From Candidatus Brocadiia bacterium (GTDB taxonomy: Bacteria; Planctomycetota; Brocadiia; CAIUPP01), in NCBI GenBank assembly GCA_052139675.1, contig JBKQWE010000025.1, positions 4,303 through 68,302 of the forward strand: DNA of 64,000 nt, read 5' to 3'. Positions 21,103-29,604 of the stretch are shown in pieces (within the stretch, counting starts at the first letter, position 1; each line of letters begins with the position of its first letter). The notes beneath the pieces were generated by a model, which was given only the letters and a program-made list of their open reading frames with translations, did no database searches and had not been told where the DNA came from. A program made the translations under genes and the position numbers.

Positions 21103-21303
21103 ATGATCGCGAAGGCTCAGATGTCGAACAAGAGATCGAGGACCGCTCGGCTGCCGCTTCTGAAGGAGCGCTACCAGAAGCTCATTCTGAAGCAGCGGCA
21201 GGAGATCGAGAAGGAACTGCTGGAGAGCTTCCAGGAAGAGAACGACCTGGAAATGGAGATGGAGTCCGAACCCGATCAAACGGCCATGATCGAAGCCGAG
21301 TAA
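21103..21303 (+). CDS. Small hypothetical protein (66 aa), basic N-terminus and acidic C-terminus
   Basis: RBS GAAGGAGAAGG before ATG, own promoter, downstream hairpin (about 21360-21408). Confidence 0.65.
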   Translation: MIAKAQMSNKRSRTARLPLLKERYQKLILKQRQEIEKELLESFQEENDLEMEMESEPDQTAMIEAE

Positions 21304-21452
21304 CGCTCCCCCTCGAACGGCACAATCCCGCTTCGTCCACGGCACACCCCATCGCGACCGAGCGCCGGTTCCCGGAACCCGTCCGCGTTCAGGAACCGGC
21401 GAGCGCTCCCCGTGTCGGCGCGCCGCGCGCGGCCGGGGCGGGCGAGTCCCGG

Positions 21453-22472
21453 TCACTTCGCGGAATCTCCATATTCCGCAATCAGCTTCTCGTCCGCCGC
21501 GGCCTCGGATCCGGCAAGCCCCTCGTCCAGGAGCGCTACGAAGCGCGCTTCGGGTATGCGGCGCGACAGGGCGTTCATCCGGTCGCCGATCTCCCGGATT
21601 CGATTCACGCGCTCAACGATGCGTTTCAACTCCGCCTCGCTGCCGGTTTGAGGGAATTTCGTCATGGCCGACGACTGCAGCGTCAGGCCCATGAATTCAC
21701 CGAGCAGGAGCGTCTTCTCGGCCTCCAGCCGCTTTCCGAGGACGATGCAGTCCCGCGCCGCCTGCTCGTTGGCGCCTTCCCAATCCAGGCAGCGCCAGCC
21801 GGCATTGCCCAATTGCGCCTCACCGCGGAAGGAGAGCGCCAGGTAACGCGCGGTGAATTTCGGGTAGCCGGCGAATTCGCCCGCGGCCACGGCGTCCAGT
21901 CGCAGCGCCGCGCAGTACGAGTCGAATTTCGGATGGCGGCTCGCCTCGGCCAGCGCCCGGGCGGCGTCGGCGAACTTCCCTTCATTCGCCCGCCACGCCG
22001 CCTCGAGGTAGTAAGGGACGGAGTTTTCCGGCTCCAGTTTCCGCCATCGGTCCAGGGCTTCCAGGAACTCCGGTTCGGATACTTCCCTCTGCCGCTGAAA
22101 AACGGTCGCCCGGTACGCAAGATCGGCCAGCGGCGCCGGATCTTCGGGCGCTTTGGAAACGGCCAGGCGCAGCAGCGCGGGCGCGAGAGGATTTTCCGGG
22201 GTGGCGACCGCAACGGCGCCCAGCAGCAAGCGGACATCTCCGCTGTCGCGGATTCTCCCCAGGTCCGTCGGCGTGAACTGCATGGCCTGGAAAAGCTCCG
22301 TCATCTTTCTCATATTCTGCTGGTTCAGAAGCGGGGAATGCTTATCGGGTTTCAGCGCGGCCAACTCGTGCAGGTCATTGAACGTGGGCGGGTGGCTCGG
22401 CGCAGTCCGGCATGCGGCAAGGGAGACGGCGACCCACGCGGCGGCTGAGATCGTGAGCAGGGTTCGCTTCAT
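21453..22472 (-). CDS. Hypothetical lipoprotein (alpha-helical/TPR-like)
   Basis: MKRTLL...VSLAAC lipobox; PENSVPYYLEA TPR-like segment. Confidence 0.65.
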   Translation of the reverse strand: MKRTLLTISAAAWVAVSLAACRTAPSHPPTFNDLHELAALKPDKHSPLLNQQNMRKMTELFQAMQFTPTDLGRIRDSGDVRLLLGAVAVATPENPLAPALLRLAVSKAPEDPAPLADLAYRATVFQRQREVSEPEFLEALDRWRKLEPENSVPYYLEAAWRANEGKFADAARALAEASRHPKFDSYCAALRLDAVAAGEFAGYPKFTARYLALSFRGEAQLGNAGWRCLDWEGANEQAARDCIVLGKRLEAEKTLLLGEFMGLTLQSSAMTKFPQTGSEAELKRIVERVNRIREIGDRMNALSRRIPEARFVALLDEGLAGSEAAADEKLIAEYGDSAK

Positions 22473-22513
22473 GGTCCATCTCCTCGCCATCAGGTTTTCC
22501 GAGCCTCAATCGC

Positions 22514-24109
22514 TCAGCCGTCCGAAGCAGCCGGATCTTTCTTGCGGCGGAAGGACTGCATGAACTCGCGCAGCTCCGTTGCGCCCAGCGCCCAGGCCGC
22601 CAGCAGGAAGACCCCGCACACCGCCGTCAGGGCGCAGCCGAGCGCCAGGAGCTGCCAGGCCCGCGGCGCGGCCGCCGCCGGCCCGCCGGCCGCCCGCAGG
22701 ATTCCGTAGAACGCGCCGTATCCGGCCAACCCGGCGACCGCGGCGGCGACGGCGGACTTGACCGCGCTGGCCGCCACGGCGCGCCCGCCCATCGGACCGA
22801 TCTTCCTTCTCAGGTGTATCCACAGCAGCGCCATGTTCCCGACTCCGCAGATGCTGCTCGCGAGCGCCAGCCCCGCCTCGCGCATCGGCCAGACCAGGAT
22901 CGCGTTCAGGGTGAAGTTCGCGCCGACCATCATCACGGCGATTCGCCGGGGCGTGTAGACGTCCTGCTGCGCGTAGAACGCGCGCGCCAGCACCTGCACG
23001 CCGCAGAACGCCCACAGGCCGAGGGTAAAACAGAAGAAGACCGCCGCCGTCCGCGCCGTGGCATCGGCGGTGAACCGCCCGCCTTGATAGAGCGCCCGCA
23101 CGATCGGCGCGCTGAGCGCAACCGTGGCGGCGACGCAGGGAAGCGATACGAAGAACACCGTCCGCAGCGACAGGCCCACGGCGCTCAGGAACGCCTTGCG
23201 GTCGCCCACGGCCTCGTGATGCGCCAGCGCGGGAAGCACCGCCGTCGCCAGCGCGATCCCCAGCACGCCCAGCGGAAACTGCATCAGCCGGTTGCCGTAG
23301 AAGAGCGCGCTGTTCGCGCCCGCGTCCTTCACGCAGAACTGGGCGAAGAGCTGGTCCACGTACGTGTTGACCTGGATGACGCCCACTCCCAGCGCCACCG
23401 GCAGCATCAGTTGAACGATCTGCCGCAGTCCCGGATGCGCCAGGTCCCAGACCATCTCAAAATGCATCCCGCAGCGCCGCAGCATCAGCGCTTGGTAGAC
23501 GAATTGCAGCCCGCCGGAAATCAGCACGCCCACCGCCAGCGCGGTGACGCCGCGGTTCAGGTCCGTGACGCCGCAGCGCCACAGCAGGATGATCGCGGCG
23601 ATCCAGCAGATGTTCATGATCGTCGGAGCGAATGCGGGCCGGAGGAAATGCCCTTGGACGTTCAGCGCCGCGCCCTGCAGCGCGGTCAGGCAGATCAGCG
23701 GGAGGTACGGCATCAGGATCATCAGCAGCAGGCAGAAGAGCCGCCACTTCTCCGCGAGCAGGCCCGAGAGCATCGCCGCGGCGCAGAGCAGCCAGGCCAG
23801 GAGCGTGATGGCCATGAGGAGCGCGGCGAGCGCGGTCATGACCGCGTTGAGCAGCCGCCGCGCGTCGCCGGCGGGATCGAGTCCCTCGCGCGCGTAGATC
23901 GGGACGAACGATGCGTTCAGCGCCCCTTCGCCGAAGAGAGAGCGAAACTGGTTCGGCACCTGGAAGGCCATGAAGAACATGTCCGTCGCGACGCCCGCGC
24001 CGAAGAAGCGCGCGGTGCAAACTTCGCGCACGAGCCCGAGCATCCGGCTGGCCAGCGTCCCAAGGCCGGTCTTGAGCATGCCGGGAAGTATGTCGTGTTT
24101 TTCAGGCAT
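22514..24109 (-). CDS. murJ: Lipid II flippase MurJ (MviN)
   Basis: LASRMLGLVRE, AFQVPNQFRSLFGEGAL, NRLMQFPLG, P.L, RAFYA. Confidence 0.95.
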   Translation of the reverse strand: MPEKHDILPGMLKTGLGTLASRMLGLVREVCTARFFGAGVATDMFFMAFQVPNQFRSLFGEGALNASFVPIYAREGLDPAGDARRLLNAVMTALAALLMAITLLAWLLCAAAMLSGLLAEKWRLFCLLLMILMPYLPLICLTALQGAALNVQGHFLRPAFAPTIMNICWIAAIILLWRCGVTDLNRGVTALAVGVLISGGLQFVYQALMLRRCGMHFEMVWDLAHPGLRQIVQLMLPVALGVGVIQVNTYVDQLFAQFCVKDAGANSALFYGNRLMQFPLGVLGIALATAVLPALAHHEAVGDRKAFLSAVGLSLRTVFFVSLPCVAATVALSAPIVRALYQGGRFTADATARTAAVFFCFTLGLWAFCGVQVLARAFYAQQDVYTPRRIAVMMVGANFTLNAILVWPMREAGLALASSICGVGNMALLWIHLRRKIGPMGGRAVAASAVKSAVAAAVAGLAGYGAFYGILRAAGGPAAAAPRAWQLLALGCALTAVCGVFLLAAWALGATELREFMQSFRRKKDPAASDG

Positions 24110-24125
24110 CTATATCGGACTCGTA

Positions 24126-24200
24126 ATCGTCCTCGTCGTCGTCCTCGTCCTCGAACGGCCGTTACGCACGACCGAGGACGAGGACGACGACGAGGACGAT
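24126..24200. repeat. Inverted hexamer (TCGTCC)n array, perfect 28-bp stem, copy 1
   Basis: 24126-24153 is the exact reverse complement of 24173-24200; loop contains AACGGCCGTT. Confidence 0.9.
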
Positions 24201-24207
24201 TGGGAGT

Positions 24208-25116
24208 TTACGCGCACAGTTTCGCCCGCGAGCCGGCGATGCCGTAGACCTCGACGATGAGTTCCTCGACCTTCGCGGCGACGGCCTCCTGCGCGGCCTG
24301 CTCGCCCTTGCCGGCGGCCAGCGACTTTTCGTAAGCCTGTCGTATCTCCGTTCCGATGTTGATCTTAGCGATGCCGTTGCGGATGCCTTCGAGGACGGAT
24401 TCTTTCTGCACGCCCGATCCGCCGTGGAGCACCAGCGGCACGCCGGCGGCCAGGCGCAAGGCGCGCAGATGTTCGATGTGCAGGCGCGCGGAAAACTTCG
24501 CCTGGTCCTTGGCCGCGCCGGTGATCGCGCCGTGGATGCTGCCGGCGGCCACGCTCAGCCAGTCCACGCCGGTCTCCTTCACGAACCGCCGCGCCTCGTC
24601 CGGGTCGGTGAATCCTCTCTTCGTCCGGAAGAGTTCCTCGTACGGCGGGATCGGCCCGGCCTCGTGTCCGAGCACCGCGCCGAGCTCCGCCTCGACGGCC
24701 ACCTTCGGGTGGCACATCTCGACCACCTTCCGGACCGCCGCGATGTTCTCTTCCAGCGGCAGGCGCGAGCCGTCGAGCATCACCGACTCGAACCGGAGGT
24801 CCAGTCCCTTGCGGATCAGCTTCTCCCAATCCAGGCGCTTGTGTTCCTCGTCAATCACCGGCACGTGGTCGAGGTGGAGCGCCACGAACTCCGGGTTCGC
24901 CTCCTTGCGGTACTCGGCGGCGACCGCGTCGAAACTCTTCGCGCCGAACCGCGTCACGTCCGGCATCGCCACCTCGGCCAGCCCGAACGTCCCGAGCCGC
25001 TCAAGCGTCCGCGCCACCGGCCGGGTCATCGGCAGGTAGGCGATATTGAACGCCGGGATCAGGATCCGCTTCTCGCACGCCGACTTCATCATCTCCGCGA
25101 CGGAGGGTCTCTTCAC
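24208..25116 (-). CDS. fba: Class II fructose-bisphosphate aldolase family protein
   Basis: IPAFN, VALHLDH, VMLDGS, VEAELG, AAGSIHG, PLVLHGGSG, KINIGT; GTG start with GGGAG RBS. Confidence 0.88.
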   Translation of the reverse strand: MKRPSVAEMMKSACEKRILIPAFNIAYLPMTRPVARTLERLGTFGLAEVAMPDVTRFGAKSFDAVAAEYRKEANPEFVALHLDHVPVIDEEHKRLDWEKLIRKGLDLRFESVMLDGSRLPLEENIAAVRKVVEMCHPKVAVEAELGAVLGHEAGPIPPYEELFRTKRGFTDPDEARRFVKETGVDWLSVAAGSIHGAITGAAKDQAKFSARLHIEHLRALRLAAGVPLVLHGGSGVQKESVLEGIRNGIAKINIGTEIRQAYEKSLAAGKGEQAAQEAVAAKVEELIVEVYGIAGSRAKLCA

Positions 25117-25136
25117 CGCGAGTCTCCCATAAAGCA

Positions 25137-25223
25137 ATCGTCCTCGTCGTCGTCCTCGTCCCCGTCCTCGAACGGCCGTTACGAACGGCCGAGGACGAGG
25201 ACGAGATCGAGGACGAGGACGAT
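25137..25223. repeat. Inverted hexamer (TCGTCC)n array, copy 2
   Basis: Same left arm and CCTCGAACGGCCGTTACG core as 24126-24200, same orientation. Confidence 0.85.
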
Positions 25224-25383
25224 CCGTTCCAACGGCTCGCGCAGCATATCGCGCGCAGGGGCGCGGCGTCAAACGGCTGCACCTATGTCAGTTTGGACAA
25301 AGCCCTTGCAAAAACCGCCGCCTCGGAGATAATAGTGCAACGGTCCAATCCGCTGGATGTCAAAATGTTCCGGGGAGCCGGCG

Positions 25384-27096
25384 ATGAAGAGATATGCGTT
25401 GGGACTCGACTACGGGACGAACTCCTGCCGCTGCCTGATCGTGGACCTGGCCGACGGGCGCGAGGTGGAAAGCTGCGTGTTCGATTTCCCGTCCGGCGCG
25501 GCGGGTATCCTGCTCGATCCGCGCGAGCCGAACCTGGCGCGGCAGAATCCGCAGGACTACGTCGCCGCGCTGGGCGTCGTGCCTCGGACGATCCGCCGCG
25601 CGAGGAAGGCGGACCGCCGGTTCGACCCGGCGCAGATCGTCGGCATCGGCGTGGACACCACCGGCAGCACGCCGATGCCGGTGGACCGCGACGGCACGCC
25701 GCTGGCGATGCTGCCGCAGTTCAAGGGGAACCTCGATGCGATGGCCTGGCTCTGGAAGGACCATACCGGCCACGCCGAGGCGGCGGAGATCACCGCCCGC
25801 GCGCGGAAAATCCGCCCGCAGTACCTGGCCAAATGCGGCGGGACTTATTCCTCGGAGTGGTTCTGGAGCAAGGCCCTGTGCTGCAAGCGCGCCGCGCCGA
25901 AGGTCTTCGCCGCCGCGCACAGCTTCGTCGAGCACTGCGACTGGATGCCCGCGCTGCTCGCCGGCGACACGCGGCCGGAGAAAATCGTCCGCGGCGTCTG
26001 CGCCGCCGGCCACAAGGCGATGTACTGCCCGGAATGGGGCGGCCTGCCGGACGAGGAGTTCCTGCGCGGGCTCGACCCGGCGCTGGCCGCGCTCCGCCGG
26101 CGGCTCTACGAGAGGGCGGTGCCCGCCGACCACGGGGCGGGGCGGCTCTCGGCGGAATGGGCGAAGAAGCTCGGGCTGAGGCCGGGCATCGCGGTCGCCG
26201 CCGGCGCGTTCGACGCGCACATGGGCGCGGTCGGCGCCGGGATCCGCGAGGGCACGCTCGTGAAAATCCTCGGCACGAGCACCTGCGACATGATGGTCAT
26301 GCCCAACGCGAAGAAGCTCGCCGACATCCCCGGAGTCTGCGGGATCGTGGACGGCTCGATCCTGCCCGGGTTCTACGGCATCGAGGCCGGGCAATCGGCG
26401 GTCGGCGACATCTTCCTCTGGTTCATCGCCCATCTCGTGCCGGAGCGCTTCGGCCGGACGACGGACGAGAAATTCAAGACGCTCGGCGCGCTCGCCGCGA
26501 AGCAGAAGCCCGGCGAGCACGGCCTGCTGGCGCTCGACTGGAACAACGGCAACCGCACGATCCTCGTGGACGTGCGCCTGAGCGGGCTGCTGCTCGGGCA
26601 GACGCTGCACACCGAGGCGCACGAGATTTACCGTGCGCTGATCGAGGCGACCGCGTTCGGCGCGCTGACGATCGCCAAGCGCATCGAGGAGTACGGCGTG
26701 CCGGTGAAGGAGTTCGTCAACTGCGGCGGCCTGGCGGCGAAGAACCCGCTGCTGATGCAGATCTACGCCGACGTCACCGGGCGGCCGATGAAGGTCTCGC
26801 GCAGCGACCAGACCTGCGCGCTCGGCGCGGCCATCTTCGGCGCCGTCGCGGCCGGCAAAGAGGCCGGCGGATTCGCCGGCGTGCCCGAGGCGCAGCGGGC
26901 CGTCTGCGGCGTGAAGGACAAGTTCTACCGCCCGAACCCCAAGGCGCAGGCGGTCTACGCCGAGCTCTACCCGCTCTACCGCGCGCTCCACGACGCCTTC
27001 GGCACTCGCGAGTGGTCGGGCAAACTCGACCACGTGATGAAGGACCTGATCCAAATACGCGAACGGCAACGGGCCGGAAGTCAGAAGTCAGAATGA
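25384..27096 (+). CDS. araB: Ribulokinase
   Basis: ALGLDYGTNS, IGVDTTGSTP, WKDHT, YSSEWFWSK, AFDAHMGAVG, GTSTC, LDWNNGNR, SDQTCALGAA. Confidence 0.93.
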   Translation: MKRYALGLDYGTNSCRCLIVDLADGREVESCVFDFPSGAAGILLDPREPNLARQNPQDYVAALGVVPRTIRRARKADRRFDPAQIVGIGVDTTGSTPMPVDRDGTPLAMLPQFKGNLDAMAWLWKDHTGHAEAAEITARARKIRPQYLAKCGGTYSSEWFWSKALCCKRAAPKVFAAAHSFVEHCDWMPALLAGDTRPEKIVRGVCAAGHKAMYCPEWGGLPDEEFLRGLDPALAALRRRLYERAVPADHGAGRLSAEWAKKLGLRPGIAVAAGAFDAHMGAVGAGIREGTLVKILGTSTCDMMVMPNAKKLADIPGVCGIVDGSILPGFYGIEAGQSAVGDIFLWFIAHLVPERFGRTTDEKFKTLGALAAKQKPGEHGLLALDWNNGNRTILVDVRLSGLLLGQTLHTEAHEIYRALIEATAFGALTIAKRIEEYGVPVKEFVNCGGLAAKNPLLMQIYADVTGRPMKVSRSDQTCALGAAIFGAVAAGKEAGGFAGVPEAQRAVCGVKDKFYRPNPKAQAVYAELYPLYRALHDAFGTREWSGKLDHVMKDLIQIRERQRAGSQKSE

Positions 27097-27143
27097 TGAG
27101 TGACGAAGTGCTTCATCACTCATCATTCGCACTTCTCAGTTTC
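27077..27143. repeat. Inverted heptamer array overlapping the araB stop
   Basis: GAAGTCA GAAGTCA GAATGAT GAGTGAC GAAG ... CTTC ATCACTC ATCATTC GCACTTC. Confidence 0.7.
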
Positions 27144-27163
27144 CTTGGTGGTGAGAAGAATCC

Positions 27164-27856
27164 ATGCTTGAGGACCTGAAGGCGCAGGTGTGCCGGGCGA
27201 ACCGGGAACTGGAGCGCTGCCGGCTGGTGACGCTGACGTTCGGCAACGTCAGCGGTTTCGACCGCGCGAAGGGGATGATGGCGATCAAGCCCAGCGGCGT
27301 CGGCTATGCGCAGTTGAAGCCGCGCGACATCGTGATCGTGGACCTGGACGGAGTGCGCGCGGAGGGCAGGCTGGAACCCTCGACGGACGCGCCGACGCAC
27401 CTGGCGCTCTACCGCGCTTTCGCGGGGATCGGCGGCGTGACGCACACGCACAGCCCCTGCGCGACGATGTTCGCGCAGGCCGGCCGCGGCATTCCGTGCC
27501 TCGGGACGACGCACGCGGACCATTTCAACGGCGAGGTGCCCGTCACGCGGGCCCTGACTCGCAAAGAGGTCGCCGGCCAGTACGAGGTGAACACCGGCCG
27601 CGCGATCGTGGAGCGGTTCAGGAGGATCAACCCGAACGAGATGCCCGCCGTCCTCGTCGCACATCATGGCCCGTTCACATGGGGCAGGACCGCGGCCGAA
27701 TCGCTGACGAACAGCGTCGCGCTCGAACTGGTCGCGCAGACCGCGCTGGGCACGTTGCAACTCAACGGCGCAATCGGCCCGATCCCGGATTTCCTCCTCG
27801 CGAAACACTTCCTCCGCAAGCACGGACCGGGCGCGTATTACGGGCAGAAAAGCTAG
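27164..27856 (+). CDS. araD: L-ribulose-5-phosphate 4-epimerase
   Basis: TFGNVSG, IKPSGVGY, PSTDAPTH..LY, HTHS, GTTHADHF, HHGPFTWG, RKHGPGAYYGQ. Confidence 0.95.
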   Translation: MLEDLKAQVCRANRELERCRLVTLTFGNVSGFDRAKGMMAIKPSGVGYAQLKPRDIVIVDLDGVRAEGRLEPSTDAPTHLALYRAFAGIGGVTHTHSPCATMFAQAGRGIPCLGTTHADHFNGEVPVTRALTRKEVAGQYEVNTGRAIVERFRRINPNEMPAVLVAHHGPFTWGRTAAESLTNSVALELVAQTALGTLQLNGAIGPIPDFLLAKHFLRKHGPGAYYGQKS

Positions 27857-29142
27857 CCGACTTCCTTTTCGCGCGCGGGGAAAAATGCCGCGCCGCACGT
27901 GGCGGGGATCATCAGGATGAAGCAGATCGCGTAGAGGCAGTGGAACTGCCCGAGCGTGATCGGGCCGACTGGCACGGCCGCGCTCCGGAGAGCTTCCAGG
28001 ATCGGGACCGCCACGACTCCGCCGATGCAGAAAATGCCGATGGACAGCACGTTGGCGATGGCAAAATAGACCGGCCGGCCGGGAGTCTCCGGCACGGAAT
28101 CGTAAAGCGCCATCGCCGCGGCGATCGAGAAGGCCGCGTCCGCGAGGCCGACCAGCGCCCAGGCCGCGTACAGCGGCCAGGTGCGTTCCGGCGTGCAGAA
28201 CAGGTACGCGAGGAAGAACAACGTGTACAGCGGCCCGCACGCCCAGAGCACCCGCCGGATGCCGTGCCGGTGAATGAACCGCCCGCAGAACCCCGTCACG
28301 AGCAGCTTCACGCCCAGGTAGCCGATGGCCACGTACGCGATCCGGCTCTCCTTCATCTGGAGCACTTTGAGATTGAACACCTGGTAATAGGGGATCGCCA
28401 GCAGGAACGGAATGTTGTAGACGAAGAACCCGGCGAGGTAATTGCGGAACGGCTTGACGCGGAGCGCCTCGCGCGCGTCCTTCCAGGTGACGCGCGCCAA
28501 CGCCGAGCGGACGGGCATCGGCGCGCGCCGCAGCGCGAGGACCGAGAGCACCCCGAACACGCCGCCGCCGGCCAGCGCCAGGCCGAGGCCGAACGAATCG
28601 GACTTCGCGATCCGCTCGGCTACGTAGCCCGCCACCAGCATCGCCACGATCGTGCACGCGCTGATCACCCGGAACCGCCAGCCGAGGTAGCCCGGCCGGA
28701 TGGCCACCGGGATGCTGGACGCCAGCCAATCGTCGGCCAGCGGACGCGTCAGATGATAGGCGGCGCCCGCCAGAAAAATCCCCGCGCCCAGCGCCCAGAG
28801 CCGCAGGCCCGCCGGCAGAAAAGGCGTCGCGAGCGCCGTGACGATCAGCGCCAGCGGCTCGCACAGGGCGACCGAGAGGATGAACCGCTTCTTGTCCGGG
28901 ATGAAATTGACCACCGCGATGCTCACGACTTGCAGCAGGCAGGCGAAGCTCACGACCGACGTGATCAGCCCGACGCGCTCCTTCGCCAGGCCCAGCGAGA
29001 GCGCGAACGAGACGAAAATGAACAGCCCGCCGCCGCAGGTGGTGTCGTAGAAACTCCGCAGCCCGACGCTCCAGTTGAACGCCGCAAGAGACGTGCGGCT
29101 CTGCGCGCGGCTGAGGTTGGGATTCGCGCCGGATTCTTCCAT
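27853..29142 (-). CDS. MFS transporter
   Basis: About 12 hydrophobic segments in 429 aa; MFS-like G..I.R.G motif (GRFIHRHG). Confidence 0.8.
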   Translation of the reverse strand: MEESGANPNLSRAQSRTSLAAFNWSVGLRSFYDTTCGGGLFIFVSFALSLGLAKERVGLITSVVSFACLLQVVSIAVVNFIPDKKRFILSVALCEPLALIVTALATPFLPAGLRLWALGAGIFLAGAAYHLTRPLADDWLASSIPVAIRPGYLGWRFRVISACTIVAMLVAGYVAERIAKSDSFGLGLALAGGGVFGVLSVLALRRAPMPVRSALARVTWKDAREALRVKPFRNYLAGFFVYNIPFLLAIPYYQVFNLKVLQMKESRIAYVAIGYLGVKLLVTGFCGRFIHRHGIRRVLWACGPLYTLFFLAYLFCTPERTWPLYAAWALVGLADAAFSIAAAMALYDSVPETPGRPVYFAIANVLSIGIFCIGGVVAVPILEALRSAAVPVGPITLGQFHCLYAICFILMIPATCGAAFFPAREKEVG

Positions 29143-29223
29143 GGCGTGATTCTACAACGGACGGCGCCGCCTGCGCGAGTGATGCCCGATGCGGCGTCCC
29201 GCGAAAAAGTTGCATAATATCGG

Positions 29224-29309
29224 GTCATTCCGAGCGGAGCGAGGAATCTCATACAGAGCGCGCCGGCGACGGTCTAAGGTATGAGATGCTTCGCTGCGCT
29301 CAGCATGAC
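29224..29309. repeat. REPIN-like element
   Basis: GTCATTCCGAGCGGAGCGAGGAATCTCATAC ... GTATGAGATGCTTCGCTGCGCTCAGCATGAC imperfect inverted arms. Confidence 0.75.
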
Positions 29310-29389
29310 GCGAGCTGGACTTATGCGCGTTATTTCCTGGATTCCACACTATAGAAATGGAGAGGCGCGCTTCACTGCGTCCCAATCGC

Positions 29390-29418
29390 TTGACAGTTTC
29401 GCCCCGGCCTGATAATTT
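29390..29418 (+). promoter_or_regulatory. Putative promoter for the tRNA (and possibly mttB)
   Basis: TTGACA followed by GATAAT/TAATTT at 15-17 nt. Confidence 0.5.
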
Positions 29419-29452
29419 AAAAGTCTGCCGCTCAGGCCGCTCAGGAGATCAC

Positions 29453-29524
29453 GGCGGGGTAGCTTAAGGGTTAAGCAGGTTCTTCATAAGGACAAGAGTG
29501 TGGGTTCGACTCCCACCCCCGCCA
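29453..29524 (+). tRNA. tRNA with CAT anticodon (probably elongator tRNA-Met), atypical; CCA not encoded
   Basis: Acceptor GGCGGGG/CCCCGCC + A73; D-arm GCTT/AAGC; anticodon arm GGTTC-TTCATAA-GGACA; T-arm GTGGG-TTCGACT-CCCAC. Confidence 0.85.
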
Positions 29525-29604
29525 TTCATCACCAGCGCGCAAGGACGATCCGGCCCCGTTGACTCAGGCCGCGTTTTCCGGTTCCTCTCGGCGAAAGGAA
29601 GTTT

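Noticed and set aside
21033-21210. 6S RNA (GCCTGCGGTTGCATCTCGGA resembles my recollection of the E. coli 6S 3' end; 21042-21052 can pair with 21192-21202)
   Set aside because: The match is at the 5' rather than 3' end, pairing does not extend into a long rod, and a strong RBS plus ORF explains the region; an Rfam RF00013 search would settle it
29453-29600. tRNA as an island integration site
   Set aside because: No integrase and no duplicated tRNA 3' end seen in the window
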